A stretch of DNA of 58,274 nucleotides. Source: Candidatus Enterousia sp. GTDB lineage: Bacteria; Pseudomonadota; Alphaproteobacteria; Rs-D84. The notes under the pieces are model-generated. The model was not told the origin of the DNA. It saw nothing but the letters and a program-made list of their open reading frames with translations, and made no database searches. Below are positions 53,207 to 58,274 of this stretch, piece after piece. A program made the translations under genes and the position numbers. Numbering within the stretch: the stretch's first letter is position 1; each line of letters starts with the position of its first letter. The stretch lies in the NCBI GenBank assembly GCA_045645725.1, contig JAZRJG010000014.1, positions 1 to 58,274 on the forward strand, written 5' to 3'.

Positions 53207-54279
53207 AGCTTGTTCGTCTTGGTGTGGGGGAAAATAAGTATTATCTGTCGTCGATTGGTGGATTTGGTAATGAAGGGTTTGGTGGACGCTATACAGAAGA
53301 AGTGTTGAACGCAGATGTTGATGGTGTTGTTTATCAGGCCCAGGAACAGGATTTGCCATGGGGCTGTGATAAGTGGTCAGCAAGGTTAAAGAGATTTGCG
53401 AATAAAGATAATCCCAGATTAAGATGGTTGGTTAAGAATTTATTGGTACAGCAACCAGGATGTCAGGAATTGCGTAAAAAAATGGGACTGCAACCTGTGG
53501 TGCATTTTGGACCGAAAGATGAAATCAAGGCAATTTATAATGTACAAAATGGTGGGTATGTTGATTCAAGTGTGCAGCGTGTTTTTGAGTCAATGATGGA
53601 TCAGGACCCTTATTTCAGAAAATGCAGAGATGTATTTGAAAAGTTAGAAGCCCAACTGCATGAATTGGCATCGTTGTTGTGTGATGGTTCGGTAATTAAG
53701 GGCGTTGCAAGCAAGAATTGGATTTATGTGGATCGCCTTAGTTTCGATAGTCCCTTCTCTTTGATTGGTAGATCGTACACTAAATATTCTGTATATGGTG
53801 CGTTGTATGATTATAATACGTTTATGCACTATGGTTCTGATCCGGCACGTGTGGCCCGTGAAGTAAATAATATTGTTGATTATATCAGAGTAGATAATGG
53901 ATTTCTGGCGTCTGAGCCACCGGTACAACCTGTGAAGGGTGCAAAAATTCACAGCGATGTGTACGATGTTGTTGAAGGATTGAAAACGGAATCTTTGGTT
54001 AAGGATTTGCGTACCTTGGCATCCAAGTTGGATGGCGATGCGGTTTTGGGTGCCGATAAGACAACAAATCATGTTTTTGTAGATCATCCATCTTTTAAGT
54101 ATGGCCCAGAATCCGTCTTGGGTGTGGCGAATTATAAATTACCAACTTCATCCGTTGTTGGGGATATGAACCGTATCGCACGTGCCGGTGGTGTGGATGG
54201 TTTTGCAAATGAAATAAATAACAGAATTGCATTCTATAAAAAATTGAAACTGAATCAGACAAATACAAAACAAAGATAG
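53002..54279 (+). CDS. hypothetical protein, tandem mosaic paralog B (425 aa)
   Basis: MEKKLVSFSLADGVKSVAPAGYVESLEKLVNDIVIPRELEKMCTQE... is shared with paralog A. Contains an internally repeated LASxLxGDxV...VDHPSF motif. Confidence 0.65.
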   Translation: MEKKLVSFSLADGVKSVAPAGYVESLEKLVNDIVIPRELEKMCTQECRVYNYDFADYQKLARDIWGDTKLVRLGVGENKYYLSSIGGFGNEGFGGRYTEEVLNADVDGVVYQAQEQDLPWGCDKWSARLKRFANKDNPRLRWLVKNLLVQQPGCQELRKKMGLQPVVHFGPKDEIKAIYNVQNGGYVDSSVQRVFESMMDQDPYFRKCRDVFEKLEAQLHELASLLCDGSVIKGVASKNWIYVDRLSFDSPFSLIGRSYTKYSVYGALYDYNTFMHYGSDPARVAREVNNIVDYIRVDNGFLASEPPVQPVKGAKIHSDVYDVVEGLKTESLVKDLRTLASKLDGDAVLGADKTTNHVFVDHPSFKYGPESVLGVANYKLPTSSVVGDMNRIARAGGVDGFANEINNRIAFYKKLKLNQTNTKQR

Positions 54280-54336
54280 CAAAAAACATACTGGACATGG
54301 GGTGGATTTTGGTGTATCATCTGCCCTGTCCTTTTG

Positions 54337-54410
54337 GCGGGCGTGGTATAATGGTAGCACGTCAGCTTCCCAAGCTGAAGACGAGGGTTCGATTCCCTTC
54401 GCCCGCACCA
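54337..54410 (+). tRNA. tRNA-Gly (anticodon CCC), CCA encoded
   Basis: GCGGGCG/CGCCCGC acceptor, TCAGC-TTCCCAA-GCTGA anticodon arm, AGGGTTCGATTCCCT T arm. 74 nt. Confidence 0.9.
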
Positions 54411-54474
54411 TCCGCCTTCGTTTAGCGCTGCTGCGCGATTTGCGGCGCTTCGTGTGGCACAGCCATAAAATTCA

Positions 54475-54503
54475 ACCGACACTTTGTGGTCGGTTTAATT
54501 TTT
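54475..54503 (+). terminator. terminator-like hairpin after tRNA-Gly
   Basis: ACCGAC-ACTTTGTG-GTCGGT followed by TTAATTTTT. Confidence 0.5.
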
Positions 54504-54587
54504 GGATTGTTTTCGTTGCTTGATATAATGGGATTTTGTTGCTATGGTTTATGGTGTGGAATCTGATATGAAACAAGGGGATTTATT

Positions 54588-56195
54588 ATGAATATTATTT
54601 GTGTGGATACCAAACCGTTTGATAATCAAAAACCAGGTACCGGGGGGCTTAGAAAACAAACGTCTGTTTTCTTGGCCCCTGATTTTTTAGAAAATTTTAT
54701 CCAGTCCGCTATTGATGTGCGGTTGGCCGATGGCGAAATTAAAACTTGGGTTGTTGGTGGGGATGGACGGTATCCGTCGCGTCAGTTTTTGCCAAAGATA
54801 ATTAAAATCTTGGTTGCAAATGGGGTGGAACGTGTTTTGGTGGTTGGACGTGATTTGGTTGTGCCAACGCCTGCGATTTCAAATATTATACGCAAGTATA
54901 ATGCAGATGGTGGTTTTATATTGTCGGCGTCGCATAATCCGGCCGGCCCAAATGGTGACTTTGGGGTCAAGGTTGAAATGGCAAATGGTGGCCAAGCGAC
55001 CGAGGGATTTACAAATGCGCTGTATCAAAAAACCAAAACAATAACACGATATAAAACATTGGATGTTAACGATGCGGATGCGTTGGCGTTGCCCAATGTG
55101 GAATATGTTAATCCAATTCGTGATTATGCGGATTTGTTGGAATCTATGTTTGATTTTGATGCAATACGTAAATGGTTTGCAGATGGGCATACGTTTCGTT
55201 TTGATGCAATGAATGCGTCAACCGGTGCGGCGGCACACGAAATATTTGTAAATCGTTTGGGTGCAAAACCCGAATGGATTTTGCGTTCGGTGCCAATGGA
55301 TGATTTTGGTGGTGTGCATCCGGAACCAAACCCAACATATGCACATGAAATTTATGATTTTATGATGGGGGGTGGTGCAGATTTTGGATGTGCCTGTGAT
55401 GGGGACGGTGATCGCAATATGATTTTGGGAAACGGGTTCTATGTCAAGCCGTCGGATAGTTTGGCGGTTTTGGCAAAATATCATAAATTGGTGCCCTATT
55501 TCCAAAATGGTTTAAGTGGTGTTGCGCGTTCGATTCCAACGTCAAGTGCCGTTGATGCGGTTGCAGAAAAAATGGGATTAGATGTGTACAAGACGCCAAC
55601 AGGATGGAAATTTTTTGCCAGTTTGCTGGATGCAGGGCGTATAAACCTGTGTGGTGAAGAAAGTTTTGGTCAAGGTTCGGATTATATTCGTGAAAAAGAT
55701 GGGATTTTTGCGATTTTGTTCTGGCTGAATATTTTGGCAAAAACTGGTAAATCTGTTGAACAGATTGTTCGTGAAATGTGGGATGAAAATGGTCGCTATT
55801 TTTATTGCCAATATAGTTATGAAGGGGTTGATAAAGATTTGGCCGATGATATGATACGACGTGTGTCGATGGCGGATATTGACGGTGCGACATTTGCAGG
55901 TATGGTGGTTAAGAAGAAAGAGTTGTTTGAATATACCGATCCGGTCACGGGTGAAAATGTTAAAAATCAAGGTATTCAGATATGGACAGAAAATGGCGCA
56001 CGTGTGTTCTGTCGTTTGTCGGGAACGGGTACGGTTGGTGCGACGGTTCGTTTCTATGTTGAACGATACGAAGATGATAAAAACAAATTTGATGTGCCGG
56101 TTTCGGAATATTTGGCGGATGTATTTCGATTTGTGGATGCGGTGTTCGAATTTTCCAAGAACTTTGGTGATATTCGCCCCAGTGCCGTTAATTAA
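54588..56195 (+). CDS. pgm: phosphoglucomutase (alpha-D-glucose phosphate-specific)
   Basis: 535 aa. Active-site SASHNPAGPNGDFG, metal loop CDGDGDRNMI, GEESFG sugar-binding loop. Confidence 0.93.
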   Translation: MNIICVDTKPFDNQKPGTGGLRKQTSVFLAPDFLENFIQSAIDVRLADGEIKTWVVGGDGRYPSRQFLPKIIKILVANGVERVLVVGRDLVVPTPAISNIIRKYNADGGFILSASHNPAGPNGDFGVKVEMANGGQATEGFTNALYQKTKTITRYKTLDVNDADALALPNVEYVNPIRDYADLLESMFDFDAIRKWFADGHTFRFDAMNASTGAAAHEIFVNRLGAKPEWILRSVPMDDFGGVHPEPNPTYAHEIYDFMMGGGADFGCACDGDGDRNMILGNGFYVKPSDSLAVLAKYHKLVPYFQNGLSGVARSIPTSSAVDAVAEKMGLDVYKTPTGWKFFASLLDAGRINLCGEESFGQGSDYIREKDGIFAILFWLNILAKTGKSVEQIVREMWDENGRYFYCQYSYEGVDKDLADDMIRRVSMADIDGATFAGMVVKKKELFEYTDPVTGENVKNQGIQIWTENGARVFCRLSGTGTVGATVRFYVERYEDDKNKFDVPVSEYLADVFRFVDAVFEFSKNFGDIRPSAVN

Positions 56196-56210
56196 TGCCA
56201 ATCCCCCAGA

Positions 56211-56238
56211 AAAATGGGGGATTTTTTTAATAAATTGT
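56211..56238 (+). terminator. rho-independent terminator after pgm
   Basis: ATCCCCC-AGAAAAAT-GGGGGAT followed by T6. Confidence 0.8.
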
Positions 56239-56247
56239 TGACTTTTG

Positions 56248-56276
56248 TCAAATTATGTTGCATAATCGTCCCGCAA
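56248..56276 (+). promoter_or_regulatory. candidate sigma70 promoter of rpsP (TTGACT-N17-CATAAT)
   Basis: Hexamers with 17-nt spacing, about 125 nt upstream of rpsP. Confidence 0.45.
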
Positions 56277-56403
56277 ATCCCAAAGATTGCCATTATTATA
56301 CAACCAGTTCGCAGTATGCGTGTGGTACATCAACCGGCGAGTTTCGCTCTTGATGGCGGTTTTCTTTGTGGGTAAAACAGTTAATAAATTAAGGAGCAAA
56401 AAT

Positions 56404-56838
56404 ATGGCAACTGTTATTCGTTTGGCACGTTATGGTGCAAAAAAACGTCCATACTATCACATTGTTGTGACAGATTCACGCAATGCACGTAATTCAGGTA
56501 ATGTGTTGGAAGTTGTTGGTAAATACGACCCAATGCAGGCAAAAGACAGCGATAAACGCGTTGTTTTGAAAATGGACGAAGTGAAAGCTTGGTTGGCAAA
56601 AGGTGCACAGCCATCTGATCGTGTTTATAAATTCTTGGCAAATGCTGGCTTGGTAAAAGCAAAAGCAATCCCAGTTCAGACAAAAAAACATTTGCAATCT
56701 GAAAAAACACAAATGAAAATCAAAGATAAAGCAGAAAAATTAGCGAAAATCGCAGCAGAAAAAGCAGCAGCAGAAGCGGCCGCTAAGGCAGCAGCAGAAG
56801 CGCCTGTAGAAGAAGCAACAGAAGCGGTTGCAGAATAA
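56404..56838 (+). CDS. rpsP: 30S ribosomal protein S16 with an Ala/Lys/Glu-rich C-terminal extension
   Basis: Start at MATVIRLARYGAKKRPYYHIVV after AAGGAG. 144 aa. Confidence 0.95.
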   Translation: MATVIRLARYGAKKRPYYHIVVTDSRNARNSGNVLEVVGKYDPMQAKDSDKRVVLKMDEVKAWLAKGAQPSDRVYKFLANAGLVKAKAIPVQTKKHLQSEKTQMKIKDKAEKLAKIAAEKAAAEAAAKAAAEAPVEEATEAVAE

Positions 56839-56860
56839 TTTTTGCGTTCTTAAAATAAAT

Positions 56861-56897
56861 AGCCCAAGGATAAAACCTTGGGCTAAGTTTTGCTTTT
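56861..56897 (+). terminator. hairpin/terminator after rpsP
   Basis: AGCCCAAGG-ATAAAA-CCTTGGGCT followed by AAGTTTTGCTTTTT. Confidence 0.6.
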
Positions 56898-56911
56898 TGG
56901 GGAGGATGAAT

Positions 56912-57235
56912 ATGACAAAGCGTTTTTTTAATCCAGATTTTGATATTCATGGCGATTATGATGCCGGTGATTTGGAACGTGAGTTGCGGGCAGATATGGG
57001 GCGCACAGAATATGATGCGGAAAAAGATTGCCCGTATGATCGTACCATATGTCGCCAAAAAATAGTGCGAATGATTAAGTGGGAACGTGCCGTTGAATAT
57101 GCGGCGGCAAATCGTATGAATTGGACGTTCTGTACGTCGGGTAATATGTTTCATGGTTGCCCTGTGCCGGATTTGGATTGTATACGTCGCAAAAGATATA
57201 ATGAAATAATGAAACGGGTAAAACAAAGGGATTGA
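56912..57235 (+). CDS. small cysteine-containing hypothetical protein (107 aa)
   Basis: GGAGG ribosome-binding site 6 nt upstream of the ATG (MTKRFFNPDF...). 5 Cys. No signal peptide. Confidence 0.55.
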   Translation: MTKRFFNPDFDIHGDYDAGDLERELRADMGRTEYDAEKDCPYDRTICRQKIVRMIKWERAVEYAAANRMNWTFCTSGNMFHGCPVPDLDCIRRKRYNEIMKRVKQRD

Positions 57236-57239
57236 TATA

Positions 57240-57437
57240 ATGTCATTGAGATGTCCGTATGATAATAGTTTGGAATGTAGCGCAGATGAACGCTTTCAAG
57301 AATATTATCGTCAAATAACAAATATACAATATTTGGGTGATTTTAGGGCGGATTACCGTGGCCCGATTGTTGCGCAATGTACAGCATGGCCGGAAAAGTG
57401 TTGGAGATTGCAGGAACATAAACAAAGGCAGAGATAG
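57240..57437 (+). CDS. small cysteine-containing hypothetical protein (65 aa)
   Basis: Tightly packed between the previous gene and rimM. MSLRCPYDNSLEC...CTAWPEKCW. Confidence 0.45.
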   Translation: MSLRCPYDNSLECSADERFQEYYRQITNIQYLGDFRADYRGPIVAQCTAWPEKCWRLQEHKQRQR

Positions 57438-57438
57438 T

Positions 57439-57903
57439 ATGGCAGACGAAAAACAAATTTTGGTCGGTAAAATTGTCGCAGCCCAAGGTATTCGTGGCGA
57501 AGTGCGCGTTCAGACATTTACAGAAAATCCCCAAGATTTTCAAAAGTTGGCGGTTTTTAGTGCGGGCTTTGGTGATGGGGACTTTAAGTTTGTGCGTGCT
57601 GTGCCAAATTCTAATGTGGTTATTGCCAAGATTCGTGGTGTCAATGACAGAAATGCTGCGGAATTATTGCGCGGAACGGAATTGTATATTGTGCGTGATG
57701 CCCTGCCCGATTTAAGTGCCGATGAGTTTTATCAAGCGGACCTGATTGGCTTTGATGTTTTGCGTGATGGTATGAAAATTGGTGTTGTTGATTGTTTTCA
57801 AAACTTTGGTGCCGGCGATATTATTGAATTAGATAACGGGGATATGGTGTCTTTTATCGGTGCGGTTGTGGATTTTGATGCTCGCACGGTTACTGTAAGG
57901 TGA
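57439..57903 (+). CDS. rimM: 16S rRNA processing protein RimM
   Basis: Start at MADEKQILVGKIVAAQGIRGEVRV (typical RimM N terminus). PRC-barrel-like C terminus. 154 aa. Confidence 0.88.
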   Translation: MADEKQILVGKIVAAQGIRGEVRVQTFTENPQDFQKLAVFSAGFGDGDFKFVRAVPNSNVVIAKIRGVNDRNAAELLRGTELYIVRDALPDLSADEFYQADLIGFDVLRDGMKIGVVDCFQNFGAGDIIELDNGDMVSFIGAVVDFDARTVTVR

Positions 57904-57971
57904 TTTTGTATTCAAAAACTTGACAATTGTGGTTTGTGTGCTAAACTTGTGTCAAGTTGAAGAGGTTTTGA

Positions 57972-58274
57972 TATGAACGAAAAAAAAGAAGCGTTGGAAA
58001 TAATAAATGGGCTGGCGAATCCTGTTAGGATTTCTGTAGCGGATGTGCCAGACGGTAAGTATGTGTTGATTTTTTGCGAGAATTATTCAAAGCGTTGTGA
58101 ATTGGCTAAAATGGCCGCTTCTAATCCTCGTTTGATTTGGAACTTGGGTGTAACTGGAAGAAAGGGTGCTTTGAAAGAGGTCTCTATGATGTCGGCATCG
58201 GGATTGGTTGCGCATGAATATAAATTGTTTAATCTGGCGGTTGCGGTTTGTAAATCTTGTGTAGTCAAGCGGTT
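57972..58274 (+). CDS. hypothetical protein, 3'-partial (frame open to the right window edge)
   Basis: The ATG at 57972 opens a frame with no stop to nt 58274, and it has the usual G+T-rich coding bias. It is not TrmD-like. The 61-aa minus-strand ORF at 58083-58268 is antisense to it. Confidence 0.4.

Overview
This is a 58.3 kb chromosomal window from a Gram-negative bacterium, probably alphaproteobacterium-like. The lineage guess rests on a ybgC-tolQRA cluster, a type-A RNase P RNA, an RpsP with an Ala/Lys/Glu tail and a CTTG-N18-CTATAT heat-shock-type promoter before dnaK. No database search was possible, so every family call comes from motifs I recognise in the translations.

About two thirds of the window is a recognisable housekeeping backbone: rnhA, tkt, hisS, prfA, fabG-like, aroK, mscL, tlyA, leuS, an envZ/ompR-like pair, ruvB, ybgC-tolQRA, rnpB, secA, dnaE, rsmH, dnaK, pfk, pgm, rpsP, rimM and five tRNAs. 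Coding strands are consistently G+T rich, which throws up many long spurious antisense ORFs in the track.

The backbone is interrupted by unrecognisable accessory material:
1. A family of secreted cysteine-rich proteins. It includes a giant gene that is still open at the left window edge (>1,700 codons, made of CxC...YC...C modules plus a Gly/Asn/Glu/Asp linker encoded by a nested tandem DNA repeat). It also includes two collinear ~780-810 aa paralogs on opposite strands that share a CMDQFC...YRRCxCS core, a 439 aa EGF-like/poly-Ser protein, and several small signal-peptide Cys proteins.
2. A four-gene minus-strand operon at 17.2-18.8 kb. Small membrane proteins flank one single-copy and one double-copy version of a novel ~75 aa CxGCxxxC...YPTI(A)G...C...MC domain. 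Next to it lies a >1 kb non-coding tract carrying a 46-bp tandem array.
3. A mobile-element-like island at 50.5-54.3 kb, abutting tRNA-Gly. It holds an HNH endonuclease gene broken at a G10 homopolymer, a basic repeat/zinc-finger protein, and two tandem mosaic paralogs with a near-identical 228-nt 5' module.

Other points worth a look are a 70-nt duplication of the tRNA-Val 3' end plus its terminator, a riboswitch-like leader, and several domain fusions or losses (MscL plus zinc ribbon, ACP plus Cys tail, an alpha/beta hydrolase lacking its nucleophile). No CRISPR array, rRNA, transposase or integrase was recognised.
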